This document shows, in pieces, positions 1 through 14,055 of a DNA stretch of 64,000 nucleotides. The first letter of the stretch is position 1, and every line of letters begins with the position of its first letter. Location: NCBI GenBank assembly GCA_963693365.1, contig CAVNZM010000004.1, positions 1,981,449 through 2,045,448 on the forward strand. The letters run 5' to 3'. The stretch is from Amoebidium appalachense. Its lineage: Eukaryota; Protista; Ichthyosporea. A program made the position numbers and the translations under genes. Under the pieces are notes generated by a model. That model was not told the DNA's origin and searched no databases. It saw nothing but the letters and a program-made list of their open reading frames with translations.

Positions 1-141
1 CCCCCCCCCCCACCACCACACACACACACACACACACAACATATAACACCACCGCCACAGCAGATACTTTTTTAAGCTCAACCACCCATGCTTCCCTTTC
101 CCTGTGAACTGGAATTCCAACCATCTCTTCTCTTTCCAGTT

Positions 142-181
<40 letters not shown>

Positions 182-361
182 CAAACACACCTACCCACAG
201 ACACACACACCACCCAGCACAGACACAAACACGACGATGCTCACATTCACACCCACACCCACATACACACACGTACACAAGCGTCCACAGACACACCCAC
301 CAACCCACCGACCCCCCCCCCCCCCCTACCCACCCACCCACCCACACACACACACACACAC

Positions 362-2326
362 CTTCAGCTCCTCCGTATGCATGCCATCGAGCAGATATCG
401 CAGTAACTCCTGGCTGTCTTGCTGTTGAAACCCACGGAACCTCGGTGCCCTACAACCACAAAGTTACTCCATATGTCACATGGTGTGTGCACGGGTCTTT
501 GTGCCTTTGTTACTTATTCTGTGCTATGTTTCAGTACGAGTTCTTGTGTGTGTGTTACAGGATTAAAAACTTTGCAGGCGCATGCACACCCACGTGCATG
601 CTAATGTCTCCCACCCCAGTGTGTGAGAATAACAACAATAACTATCTGCAAAAAAGAGGGTTTGTGGGGCATTTTGCGGCTTGAAAACCACACGCACAAA
701 GTGCGACAGACCATTCGTGCGCATACAGAAGTGCTCAATGGACCATGCACAAATAAGAGAATTGGTGAGGAAGAGGACACCCACTTTTTTACAATCTCAC
801 CAAACAAAGCAGATGGGTTGTAATTTGACCCCACACCGTCTCTGAACCCCAACAAAAACCCCCGCAGGCTGGCTGTCAGTGGCCCAAGACCCCCCTCAGA
901 CTGAACTTCTCTTTGCTTGCTGCCTTCCTGCGTGCGCGGAGGGGGGGGGGGGGGGGGAGGAGGAGGGGGTGGGGAGGGGGGGGGGGGGGGGGGGGGGGGG
1001 AAGGGAGGTTCAGTGTGTGTTACAGAGAACGAGGTACACATTCATGACGGATAACACATTGCAATGCTGATTTGCAGATACGAGGACGGGGGGGGGGGGG
1101 GGGGGGGGGGGGGGATGGGGGTAAAAAGGACTGAGGCATTCATGGGATACTTTAGTGTGCGGTGCTAATCCAGAGGAAAAAATGCAATATGTTAACCGTT
1201 TGTCCGTGAGGTAGTTATGCAAGGGTTCAAAGCAGGCAAGTGCGTGGTTTTTATTTTGGAAGGAGGGACCATGGGGGAAAAAACTAATTAAGTTTTACAG
1301 CCATTAGGACAACATGGAGTGAACGGGGACGGGGTGAGAGTAGAAAATGAGATAAAGGATTGGGGGGGATGGGTAGAGGATGTGTGTCGAGTGTCTGTGC
1401 ATGTGATCGGGTGGGGCCCCGCAAACAAAAAAAAAAAAAGGGGGGGGGGGGGGGGGGAGGGGGGGGGGATGTGTTATAGAGTACAAAGTACACTACTATA
1501 ACGGAAAACGGACAAAGCAATGCAGAGTACCAACTACACATGAAATTAATACGCATAACAAGCAGAGCCCATCCTCGGGGGGGAGGGGGGTGGGGGGGGG
1601 GGGGGGGGGGGGTTGTTACCCTAATGTAGAAGCGGTATAGAGAATCTTCCTGTGTGTCTCCGGGTCTGTTCATATAGTCGACTAGGGGCTGGGTCTGAGC
1701 TAGGTTCTGTGTTTGAATAGCGATATTGGTGGTCAGGCGAGGGCTAAAGGGAGCCATGAAAGGAAGGCAAATGTAAGGAAAGAGCTGATGGAGGGAGAGA
1801 AGGAGGGAGAGAGGAGGGGAGGGAGGGAGCGAGAGAGGAAGGGAGGGAGGATAGCAGGAGCAAGAGAGAGAGAGAGAAAGAGAGAGAGAGTAGAGAGTTG
1901 GAAAGAGTGTACGTGTGTGTGTCGTGTGTCGTATGTGGTCGCGGTGGTGGCAGCGGCAGTGGTGGTATTTGAAAGAGGGAGAGTGAGGGGGTAGGCAGGC
2001 GGGCGGGCGGGCACTCCGCGGGGGGGGGGGGGGGGGGGGGGGGGGGGATTGGAGCATCTCAGGCTGGTCAAGTCGTGACTACCACACCCTAAGGGACACC
2101 AGGAGAGTAGGGGTGTTAAACGTATGAATGGATTGGAATCCACATTGAGAAAGAGGCTCACATAACCACTCTACGGGTTGTACCAAAAACAACACTCCAA
2201 TAATGGATAAATGGAGAAGATGGAGAAATGGAGAAATGGAGAAAGGTCATAAATGGAGAAACTATGTGTGCGTGTGTGACGTGGGCTGCCGAAATCCAAA
2301 ACAGGAAGAGGAGTAGCGATGGCGGG

Positions 2327-2365
<39 letters not shown>

Positions 2366-2725
2366 CTGCATAACGGCATTAAAGAAACAAGTGTTGCCCA
2401 CATTGGATAGACCCTTGACCCGACCCGGAAGCATGCTGATGGTTGCCTTGCTGGCCACCACCAACTTATCGTCTGCTGCCTCAGCACTCTTTGACTTGTC
2501 ACTATGCATAGACTTTCCTTTTTTGGATGTTTCTGCAGGCGCTGTGGTTGCCGCTGCACCTTTAATGATGGGATTGTGCTTCTTGCCACCTGTGGGTTTA
2601 TATTGGAGGTGTGTGGGGAGGGAATGGGGGGGGGGGGAGGGGGGGGGGGGGGGGTAGAGAAACAGAGAAAGAAAGAGAAGGGAGGAATGTGTGTGTGGAG
2701 GGGTGAGTGTGTGTGTGTGTGTGGG

Positions 2726-2756
<31 letters not shown>

Positions 2757-4247
2757 AGGGGGATAGGATACATCAGAGGGCTAGAAAATGAAGAGGCTTC
2801 CATAATTATCTGCGCAAAAAGTGTAGCATTAAGGTAGCTGGAATCATGGAATTGCGGCGATCGGTCTCCGGGCAGAACTCATACGAAGAACAGGGTTACA
2901 TCGAGAGTGAAAAGGTAGCCTAATTATGCGCTAGAGCCATAATTTTTGGATAAAAATTATGTAAATAGTGTTTTCTAAAAACTTTTGGTACAGAAAAATT
3001 ATAACTCAATTGGTTCGGCGTCAGCGACTAAAAAACCAACTCACCAAAATCTGGTACGTTTTTACATAGTACATTTAATAATGGAGATCGCGTATTATAA
3101 AAAATTTTTACTCAATTGAGTTATAAAAATTCTGTACCGAGCGTTTTATGTTCATACTATATACTTCTCATTCCCATGGTTAAACATGCTCTAGGGTATT
3201 ATCAGGCTACCTTTTAGTCTTTTATATTCTTGCTTATAGGTCACGCGCGGGTGATACAAAACACTTGTGTTGCATTTTTGCCCTCCTCTACGACCGCGGC
3301 CCTGCCGGCCCGTGCGTACGCGTGAGCCTCAGGTGAGCCACAGTTGGGAAATTCTGAATCCTGGCGGGAAAAACAGGTATCCGAGCTCAATGAAGTCTGC
3401 TGCAGCTATAAATTTTCTTTGGGGGGGATGTATATTGAGAGAAAGAGAAAAAAACTGAAGAGAAATAATGAAAAGAGGGAACATATCATATGGAAAAAAT
3501 CCATCGCTCGCCTGGTCACAGTGACGTGTCGTCACAGTCGTGTGATGAGCCACATGCGATTCCCCCCTAATCTTCAATTGTGGGGCTGATCGTAACGTTC
3601 GTAACTAGCCTTCGGGAACATTTTTTTATACCAAGACAATAGTATACATTTAGCGCAATAAAAATGAAGCCTTGCCAAACCAGCAACTCATTATCGAATG
3701 TGTGATTGAAGTTTGTGCTATACGTAGATGCATACGTTCAAACTTTGTAACAAAACTTTCCATGGCTAAAATTTCTTAATCCCGAAAATCCAGGAAATTT
3801 CTGATGCCCCGGTGAGCGCACACTCGCAAGCACGAAAGAGTTTTGGGAGACTGGTGACGCAAACTCTAAGCCAATCATTTTTGGATGCTTTTTAGAACCC
3901 TGATTCAAAGCGGCACAAAGCTGCTTTTTTCGTTTTTCATTTCTAACCTTTTTTGGTTATTCGCAATTACAGCACGCAATGCCATTGGTCAGTTTGTGAT
4001 ACGTTTAGGCCAATCAGAGCATGACAGGGACGATGAAATCCATGGTTTTGTCCTCCTTAAAAACCAACTCAACGATCCCTTTGTGAATTAAAACAGTATA
4101 ATAAGAGAAAGGAATAAGAATAATTAGAAAAGTAATGATAGAGGATATAAATAGATGAATAAGATAAGACACGACCAGACTGTGTAGAAGCTAAGAAAAA
4201 GGACAGAAAGGGTGAAAGCAGGCATAACAACGTGCGCGCGCGCGCGC

Positions 4248-4278
<31 letters not shown>

Positions 4279-5635
4279 TGCGTGCATGTGTTCGCACATT
4301 TGTCTGTGTTTGGAGATAGGAAGGGTGGAGGGGGGGGGGGGGGGGGGGGGGTGGGGGTGGGGGGTTCAGACTTGTGTTCCAGGGGGACTCTATGGCAAAT
4401 GCCTGGGTGACTATGCCCACAGCAACCTGAAGCTCCTCCCGGTCACCAATGCTCACTTCATCGTCGCACAGGTAGCACCTGCAGTGGCCAATCAGACTAA
4501 AGAGTGGACATTGCATATTTGGAAAAGGAAATATGAAACGATTCAAGCAGTTGCAGACAACAGAACAGTTTCTCCTTCATGCCCTCCTACCGACCCAAGC
4601 ATGCACACACCTCCCCCCCCCCCCCCCCCCCCCCCCCAGCAACAACCCCCCTCCCCCCCCCCTCCCCCCCCCCCCTCCCTCCCACCCCCGCCTTCCCCCA
4701 CCACCACCAGCACCGGGCCCACACCAACCTATCAAAGAGTTATTCGCACATGTATCTACACGCCACTACTGTCCTCGGAGTGCATCCACTTGTCCTACCC
4801 TTCCCATCCCCCCTTCCCCCCCACCTCCCTCCCTCCCTCCCCCTTCAAAAAAAAAAAAAAATAGGGAAAAAAAGAGCGGAAAAATGACATGGGACCCCTC
4901 CATCCATACATTCCCCGGCCACACACACGTATTTAGCACCCACCAGCACGAGCCAGTCTTTGCATCATAGACCACGGGGTGCTTCTGTGTCTCCGAGTGC
5001 ACCACCGCATGTTTGACCGGGCTGCTGCGGTCACAGCCCACATGGCCACATGTGAGGCACACACACACGGGCCCAACCCCTGCCGTCTGTGATTGCCAAC
5101 AATTAGGTGATTGAACAGTCATAAGGGTGTGTTGAGGCTGTTGCTTCTCCTCCCCGCCCCCCTCCCCCTCCCCCCCCCCTCCCCCCACTCTCCTCAGAAA
5201 AGGGGAGGGGGAGGGGGGGGGAGGGGGGGGGGAGGGAGGGGGGGGGGGGGGAGGGGGGACGAACAGACACACCTAAGCCCGCAAACACACATGAACACAC
5301 ACACACACAACCCACTCCCCTCCCCTCCCCCCCTTTCCCCTCAACCTTCCGGCAAAAAAAAAAAAAAAGGAAAGAAAGAAAGAAAGAAAGCATGCACACA
5401 CACACGCACGCACGCGTGCACACACACACACACACACTCACACTCACTTACACACACACACACACACACACACAACACACACACACACACACACACACAC
5501 ACCGAGAAGTATTGCACAGAACACAAACAACAGCCCACCATTGAGCATAAACGTTTTGAGTATGTTCGACACACTTACTTACACTCCAACCTCCCCATCC
5601 CCACCCCCCCCCCAAACAGACACACACACACAACA

Positions 5636-5697
<62 letters not shown>

Positions 5698-5782
5698 CAC
5701 ACACACACGCACACACACACACACACGGACACACACACACACACACACACATGCACACACACACGCACACACACACACACAC

Positions 5783-5821
<39 letters not shown>

Positions 5822-7330
5822 ATCACCACTACCACCAACTACCCAGGCGCACACAGTTTCCCACTCCCTTTCTCCCTATCCTATTTCGTGCGTGTAGAGA
5901 GCATGCGGTCCGCAGTAGGCACAACATATGCACCTCTACATTTCCGTACGGTACACCCGTGGTTTCGGTGTATGTGTGTGAGTATTGTACTTCTGGACAT
6001 GTATCGGTGTATGTGTGTGAGCATTGTATTTCTGGACATGTATCGGTGTATGTGTGTGAGCATTGTATTTCTGGACATGTATCGGTGTATGTGTGTGAGC
6101 ATTGTATTTCTGGACATGTATCAGTGTATGTGTGTGAGTATTGTATTTCTGGACATGTATCGGTGTCTGTGTGTATCTATGCACACAATAGTGTGCACCT
6201 GTAACTCTGTACATGTGGTTATGCCCCCATCATAGAACACAAGGGGAGGGGAGAGCCGGGGTTTTTTTGTTTTTTTTTTGTTTGGGGGGGGGGGGGGGGG
6301 GGGGGGGGGTTACCTTTTTTAATTCTGCTTTTGCGCTTTTGCCTTTCTTTACGCCTTTATCTGCTTCTGCATTGGGACATCCCTGTGTATGCACAAAAGA
6401 ACGCCAAGATAAGCAAAACACCAACCTTCGTTTTTTACCATTCTCAGCCTAGTGTGTCCCCCTTTCCCCCCTCTCCAACCTTCCCTATCCGTTCTCCTTG
6501 GGCCGCCGCGTCTTGTGGGTTGTTCCCGATGATTGCAGGGAATGGAAGAGCAGGCGGGGGAGGGGGGGGGGGGGGGGTTGCGTGTGTATGTGTGTGTGTT
6601 TGGCCGGGGGAGGAAAGGGCCGCGGGGGGATGGGGAGAGAATCCGCATGGGTTTGAAGGCTTTCTCCTTGGGCCGCCGCGTCTGGTGGGTTGTTCCCGAT
6701 GATTGCAGGGAATGGGAGAGCAGGCGGGGGGGGGGGGGGGGGGGGGGGGGGGGTTGCGTGTGTATGTGTGTGTGTTTGGCCGGGGGAGGAAAGGGCCACG
6801 GGGGGATGGGGAGAGAATCCGGCATGGGTTTGAAGGAAATGTCAGTGATTGACAAGGTAAATGTCAGCGATTGACAGGCTTTTTATTTGCACTTGCACCT
6901 ACCCTACAGCCAAACAGGAGGGGAAATAAGAATAGCACATACCATACCAAACAAAAGCTCTACGAAACCAACGAAATGTAAGCCCCCCCCCCCCCCGCCC
7001 CCCTTCCCCCCTCCCCTCTCTCTCTCTCCCTACCCCTCCCTCCTCCTCTCCCTGCTTTCTCCCAGATTAGGCTACGTGTATGCTCACCCTCTCGTTTCTG
7101 ACAATCAATTCGTTTCCGAACAGACGGAAAATCAGCAGACCTAAACGTGCAACAGCCCTGCAAGTAGTACTTACATGGCAAGTGGATGCGGCGTGTGGCA
7201 AGGTTTTGCGCAAATTATTTGCCCGCACAAACTTCTTGACATGGTTGCACCTCTTAGCCTCATCCTCGGAGCCTGGTGGCCCCACAAGAATGACCCATTC
7301 TCTCTTAGCTATATTTTTTGGCACGAAAAC

Positions 7331-7362
<32 letters not shown>

Positions 7363-7811
7363 AAAAAAAAAAAAAAAACGAAAAAAGGAGGGGAAAAAAG
7401 AAGGCGCACATACACGCACGCACACACATCATCACCACCACCACCGTCACTGCACATGCTCATGCCCCCATTTACCCATGCACAGTTTTTCCATGCCTGT
7501 GTACACACGCGCACACAAGTCCACGGCCTGCAAGCCCACACACACACATGCACACATGCACACTGTCGCACACACAGCCACGCCCACACCCATACCTACG
7601 TCCACAGCCACCCACCAGCTTGCCCCCCGCTCACCAATCCAAGTAGGCCCGTGCACACACACGCATGCACACAGACACGAACATGCTTCCACACACGTTC
7701 ACAACAATTAGCTCAACATCATTCCTTGACACGAACATGCTTCCACACAAGTTCACAACAATTAGCTCAACATCATTCCTTTCCTTCGCTTCGGTTTCCA
7801 GGCCCTTCTCC

Positions 7812-7852
<41 letters not shown>

Positions 7853-8388
7853 CCGCCCTCCCTTTCATCTAAAAGGCCCACATTGCCTCACTGTCCCTTC
7901 CTTCCCCCCCTCGTTGCTGACCCTTCCTCTCCCTCACCAAACACGCACCAGCAGCCTGTCATACATCTCAGTCATAACATCTCTTTAACCTTTCTTCTCC
8001 CCCCCCTCCCTCCCCCCCCCGCCCTCCCCCCTCCAGCCCACATCTGCAGCCCCCTCTCACCACCCCCTGGCTGGTCTCCCCTCGCCCCCCTTTGTCCCCT
8101 CCCCCTCCCCCCCACAACCCCCCGCCCCCCCAACAAAAAGAAACAAACAAAAAAAAATCCGCACATAAACATGACCAGTACTTAGGCAGACAGGCACGCA
8201 CCGAGGAGCATACACACACACAAGCTCGCACCGTGACACAAGCACACACCCTGCATGTCCAGCTCGGGTGCCTCCTCCTCATCCGACACAGCCGCAGCTC
8301 TTCCCTTTGGCAACTTCCCCTTCCCTTTGCTCCCACCACGTTCACCCTCTGAGCCCCCCTCTGGGTCCTGCTGTCTTTTCTTACCCAT
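362..8388 (-). CDS. USP16/45: Ubiquitin-specific protease of the USP16/USP45 family (zf-UBP + peptidase C19); spliced, 3' part runs off the window start
   Basis: Phase-consistent GT-AG exons: 8250-8388, 7175-7272, 6314-6382, 4944-5086, 4372-4478, 2366-2589, 1620-1706, 785-927, 362-449. They encode a zf-UBP domain (RCNHVKK...[22 protein letters not shown]...WCYLCDDEV), the Cys box [18 protein letters not shown] and the QDE box [23 protein letters not shown]. Confidence 0.92.
2910..3215. mobile_element. AT-rich fold-back / MITE-like inverted repeat inside the USP intron
   Basis: aaaggtagcctaattatgcgctagagc (~2911) pairs with gctctagggtattatcaggctaccttt (~3188-3214). Internally, ggtacagaaaaattataactcaattg pairs with caattgagttataaaaattctgtacc. 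No TSD identified. Confidence 0.6.
5963..6170. repeat. 39-bp minisatellite, about 5 copies, intronic
   Basis: The unit gtatcggtgtatgtgtgtgagcattgtatttctggacat repeats head-to-tail with few substitutions and no spacers. Confidence 0.9.
6492..6838. repeat. ~170-bp tandem duplication, intronic
   Basis: ttctccttgggccgccgcgtc...gcatgggtttgaagg starts at 6492 and again at 6662; each copy contains a poly-G run. Confidence 0.88.
7676..7781. repeat. ~53-bp tandem duplication, intronic
   Basis: gacacgaacatgcttccacacNNgttcacaacaattagctcaacatcattcctt occurs twice in tandem. Confidence 0.85.
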
Positions 8389-9228
8389 GTTTGTGTTACT
8401 TGCCTAAACCGCTGAACAGCTGAAATAAGTCAGCCTTTGAAACGAAAGGTCGCGGCACCTGTGTGTTTGCGCATTCACAACACCTAGACACAACCACAGT
8501 GGGGCTCAATGAAGAGCACGCAATATCTTCGATTCTTTTTGGAAAATGTAAAACAATGAATGAATGAAGTATAAGGGCCTGTCGCTAGTGTAGGTCCGTT
8601 CATTTTGCTCCGTTACACAAATATAGAACATAAATTTCAACAGGCTAGAAAAAGAAAAAGGGGTATTTGCAGTGAAATAAGCAACCATGCTAAAGGAGGA
8701 GGCTAAACCAAAATTTAACGGAATGTTTACACCCCCGTGGGCACGTGATCTCGGTTTGGCAGAAGTAGAAATACCTACGCATGACATACAGCTAATCAAA
8801 ATATGAACAAGTGTTGCTGGAACAACTAACTGACAGTGACTTACTCATCACGAAAAGCCAGCTGCAGAAAGAAGGCAAAAGGGCAGTGAAAAAGAGCTTC
8901 CGTATACATTAGAAGCATGATATACTTTTTTATTACTTTCCGTTTTATTACTTTTATACAATAGCCTTTCATGATCATATACACTGTTGTAATGTCAACT
9001 CAACCGAGTCAACCCACACAGTGGCCCTAAACCCTAAACTTGAAACCAATCATAGTCGACTAAAGAAAGGCGCCAATCGCCGTTTACTTTCCCGAATATC
9101 GTTGCAACTTGCAACCCGCCTGGCAGTCACTGCAAAAACACTCTTTTTCTGCCTCAAAGCTCCAAGTTCAAGGCTACATCTCAGTGGCATTCTTTTCAGA
9201 TTCAACCATCAATATACAACACTCCACA
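8389..9228. promoter_or_regulatory. Divergent (head-to-head) promoter region between USP16/45 and NudC
   Basis: AT-rich, homopolymer-free 840 bp between two divergent ATGs, with CCAAT boxes near 9046 and 9073. Confidence 0.55.
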
Positions 9229-10631
9229 ATGGCAGGTGAAAGGTTTGATGGCATGCTGCTTGCCATGGCACAGCAGCACGAAGGCATCGAGCCCCTCCTC
9301 ACCACGTTTTTCTCCTTCCTCGAGCGCAAGACAGACTTTTTCACTGCTGCTTCCCAGAAGCAGATCGAAGACGTAGTTATGGGAGTGATCGAGGATCAGA
9401 AGAGGATTTCTGACAAAAAGCACAAGACGGAGAAGCCAAAGAGCCCTCCCCCCGGAACGCAAAGCTCAGCCCCCACCCCCTAAGTTTGAGGAAATCGAGG
9501 ATGAACCTGTGAGCTTCTGCCCCTTCCACCCCCTTCCCCCCACCCCCCTCCTTCCCCCTGTCCCCTCCCCTCCCCCCACCCCCTCCCTCCTCCTCCTCCT
9601 TCTCGCCCTCGGCCAACCTCATCCACTCCCAGTTACCTCACCCTCCCGCCTCCGGACCTGCCCATCATCCTCCCCCCCTCATTTTCTGGGTTTGCGTGCC
9701 TTCCGGGTCTTTTGATCTGAAAGCGTTATGTGCACTCTCCCATCTGTCACCTGTCATGCACGCACTCAATCATGCACTCTTTTTGTGCCTTCCGCTTACT
9801 TTCTGACTCATCCCCCCCCCCCCCCCCCCCCCCCACCGTCTCCCTCCCCCCCCCCCCTCCCCCTCCCCTCCCCCCCCGATATAACTTATGACTACCCCGC
9901 TATAGTCTAACTTGAGACTACCCCCTTTCCAACCTTTCCAAGTCTCTTGCTCGCTTCTCTTCACTTGTCTCCCCACATACGAGTTTCTCGCATCTGCAGT
10001 TGTTATTAAGGACGGTATGAAGGTTGCTTCTCAAGCGGTTCCTTCACCCTCACTCGGTTATGGTGCATTTACAATCTCAGCAGTCTTTACTCTCCCAACT
10101 TGGGTGCAACTTTGTTATTGCGCCCCCCCCCCCTCCCCCCAGCTTTGATTCTGTTGTCGTGATTGTTTGCCTTCTTGTTTCTTTATTTGCTCCAAGGGTT
10201 GCACAAATCATACCGACAGACACACATGCACACGTTTCCATGTACACACTTACACAGCGACATTGGTCATTGCATAAACACACACACACACAGTGCTCTC
10301 TACGATTTGAAATTTTCGATCTTAACCACGTAAGTCTGGGGATCCTTGGCCCCTTTTTAACCTGATTCCCGATGCCCCGCTTCCCCCCCCTTCCCCTCCC
10401 AAACTTACCCACACCAAGTTCTCCCCCACCCCCCACCCACTTTGATCCACTATTTTCTGCAAACAGCATTATTGATCCCACTCACAACCACACACCCACC
10501 CAGCCACACCACTCAACCGCCCTATACCAACGTTCCCCACCCCCACCCCCTCCCCCCGACCCCCGTTCCCTTGCCCCTTCTACTATCTCTATGCCCCTTT
10601 ATTTCCCCCTCCCCTCCCCCCCCCCCCCTTC

Positions 10632-10663
<32 letters not shown>

Positions 10664-11902
10664 CCCCCCGCCCCCGTTTCCTGTTTTAACTCGCGGTGCC
10701 AAGGACGCACAACACATCTTGATGACCACATATCCGCATACTTTCTGTGACTGAACCCCTACCACTGCTCCTGTCTGCACCCTGTGCTCTTCTCTCAATC
10801 TGGGCACTTGTTTTGCGTTTTGGTGTGTAAGTGTGGGTCGGTGGGTGGGTGGTGGTAGTGGTGATGGTGGTGTACACGTTTTTGTGTGTGTGGTGGGAGG
10901 GGGCTGGGGAAGGGGGGAGGGGGGAAGCTGTTGTCTGCGTCAGTACACACATGTTTACAAGCAACACCACGACATCCTATTTCTGAGTCCTACACATTTG
11001 CACAAGATGCCTAGCTCATCTCAATCCCTCCTTCTTGCATTTTGACCCATCCTCCACCCAGACCCCAGCACCCACAGTTTCTGCCCCCACTCCGCCCCCA
11101 GCCCCTGCCTCTGCCCCTGCCCCCGCTGCTGCCTCTGCCCCCACTCCCACCCCAGCCACCAAATCATCAAATGAGGACGTTGCTATGAAGGACGCTCCTC
11201 AGGTAGCACCCCCCCCCCCCCCCCCCCCCCCCCTCTCTCCCCCCCCCCCCCCCCCCCCCGCGCTCTCCCTTCTTCCCCCCCCCCCCCCCCCCCCACCACC
11301 ACCACCACCACCACCACACACACTCACACACTCACACACTCACACTCAAATCCCCTTTTCTTGTCTTCCCTTCCCTTTTTCTTCTCTCTCCCTCTCTTTC
11401 CCTTCCCACCCCCTCCCCCCCCTCCCCCAAAATCCCCACCCCCTCTCCTTCTCCTTGTCTCCTCCCTCTCCTCGCCAACCCCAGCCCCCAGCTCCCTCCC
11501 CTCTCCCCCCGACCGCCAATTCGACAACCCTTGGTCTCCTGCCCATACGCTGCATTTTCACCTGCATCTCGATACCCAGCTGTCGTTACCGTTTGGTCGG
11601 CATCTGCCCAAACCGTGTGTGGGGGTTTTAGGGGGGGGAGGGGGAGGGGGAGGGAGGGGGATTTGATGGGGCTGGGTTTAGAAAAATGAATGAATGAGAG
11701 TTCTTGGGAGTAACTGCAGAAACTTTGAGTACTTTCTGAGCATTTATGGCACTTGGTATCACTATCATTGACCTTCTTCTTTCTCCTTTTTTTATTTTTA
11801 TTTTTTTTATTATTCTTAAGTTTTTTAATGCTTCCCTCTTCTCTTTCCTTGTTTCCTTCTCTCTTTTTCTATCTTCCTTTATCTTCTTCTTCTTTTTCTT
11901 TT

Positions 11903-11936
<34 letters not shown>

Positions 11937-12903
11937 ACGAACAGGCAAGTGAAGGTGGTGATGATGAGGTAGAGGCAGGCAAACTGCGGCCCAACTCAGG
12001 CAACGGCAGCCAGACCTCGACCTACGTATGGACTCAGACACTAGGCGATCTGGAGATGCGCATTCCATTCAATGTGTCGTTTGCCCTTAAGGGGAAGGAT
12101 TTGGTGGTGGACATACAGAAGAAACACATCAAGGTGGGTGGATTGAGAGGGGGGGGGGGGGGGAGGGGAATTTAGGGGAATGTGTGTGGGTTTTTTTGTG
12201 GGGGGGGGGGGGGGGGGGGGGGAGGGGGGAGAGGGAGTGGTAGGTTGGTTAGGGGTACACGTGTGTTTGTGCGTTTGGGGGGGGGGGGGGATGGATGAGT
12301 GGGTGGATGGGCGGATATTGAGGAGGAGAGAACTTTCACGCTTTGGGTAGTGGGTTGGGATCTTTAGAGGAGGGGAGGGTGAAGAATAGATAGAGGAAGG
12401 GCTAATTCAGAGGTGTGGAATATCGTGTGCGCATTAGTTTTAATGCTTAATTGTGAGAGCGAATGGTTTTTTTGGCGAGTTTTTTTTTTCGAGGTGGGGG
12501 GGGGGGGGGGGGGGGGGGGAGGAATGGGTACTTTGTGATTAGTTGTGGCTCACCAACGGTATCGTGCCCTGCATGATATCTAACATGATAAATGGCAGGT
12601 GGGACTTAAAAACCAGTCGCCATTGGTCGAGGGGGAGCTCAGCAAGCCAATCAAAAAGGACGATACAGTGTGGACCATTGAGGACAAGAAGTATGTCGTC
12701 ATCACCTTTGTGAAGGTCGGTGCCATGCATTGCAACATTACATGACTCACGGTGTTAAGTCACTCCACATTTTGGCTTGGTGCTTGCTGTCGCAAGTGTT
12801 TGTGATATTGTATGACAGTGGTGGTTTTTTGGGGAGAAGGGCGGAAGGAGGGGGGGGGGGGGGGGGGGGTGGCTTATAAGATTGTGTGGTTGGGGGAAGA
12901 GGT

Positions 12904-12951
<48 letters not shown>

Positions 12952-13044
12952 ATAAGGACGCAATTTACGTGAGCAGGACGGAGTGTAATGAGAAACGCTC
13001 TATTCTCACTCTCTCTCTCTCTCTCCCTCCCTCTCTCTCTCCCT

Positions 13045-13114
<70 letters not shown>

Positions 13115-13373
13115 GTTTCTCTCTCACTCCCTCTCCCCCCCCCCCCCCCCTTGTTGTCCGTTATAGGTGTGTACTTCATACTCTATAACACATTCTGGCC
13201 TCCCTCCCTCCCTCAATTTTCTCCCTTTTTCTTTTTTTCTCTCCCTACTTCCAACTCTCCCTCTCTCTCTCCCCTCTCCCCTCCCCCTCCCACTCTCCGC
13301 CTCCCCCCTCCCCCCCCCCCTGCCCCCCCTTGCCCTCCATCTTCTCTCTCTTTCTTTCCCCCCCCCCCCCCCC

Positions 13374-13414
<41 letters not shown>

Positions 13415-13695
13415 CCTCCCCCCCCCCCCCCCCTCTCTCTCTCTCTCTCTCTTCTTCTTCTTCTTCTTCCCCCCCCCCAAACCAAACCCCCCCCCCCCCC
13501 CCCCCCCCCCCCCTTTCTCCTTCACCTTGCCCCCGTTGCCCTCACCACGCCTTTGCCGCCACCACCAGCACCCACCCACCAGCCACCTAGCTCCCTATGT
13601 GTTTCTCCCACCACCCACCTATTATTTGTTGGTTTCTCCTTGCAAGTGGATGGATGCGGGTGTCAGTGTTTTTTTGCTTTTTTTTTTTTTTTTTT

Positions 13696-13740
<45 letters not shown>

Positions 13741-14055
13741 GGGGGGCCAACAACCGCTTTATATTTGGAATGTCTTCTACTTAGACTTTCTTGCACACAG
13801 GAGAACGCACACGAATGGTGGAGCCGTGTGCTTATGACTGAGCAAGAAATCGACACAAAGAAAGTGGAACCCGAAAACAGCAAACTGACGGATTTGGACG
13901 GGGAGACGAGGGGGGTAGTGGAGAAAATGATGTATGACCAGAGACAGAAACAGATGGGGTTGCCTACGTCAGACGAACAGAAGAAGCAGGAGATGTTAAA
14001 GAGATTCATGGAGCAGCACCCTGAGATGGACTTTAGCAAGGCCAAGTTCAACTAG
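9229..14055 (+). CDS. NUDC: Nuclear migration protein NudC (NudC-N + CS/p23 domain); spliced
   Basis: Exon 1 reads [38 protein letters not shown] (9229-~9508), with a 1-nt shift in a C-run near 9450 that is probably an assembly error. Further exons: ~11062-11202, 11945-12133 (PNSGNG...YVWTQTL), 12599-12715, and 13801-14055 (WWSRV...[34 protein letters not shown]...[12 protein letters not shown]). Confidence 0.95.

Noticed and set aside
5963-6170. 39-bp repeats resembling a CRISPR array
   Set aside because: The units are contiguous with no unique spacers, there are no cas genes, and the locus is a eukaryotic intron: this is a minisatellite.
9440-9483. Apparent premature stop or frameshift in NudC exon 1
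   Set aside because: One base in the C-run near 9450 restores [22 protein letters not shown] up to a GTGAG donor. A homopolymer assembly error is more likely than pseudogenisation or recoding.
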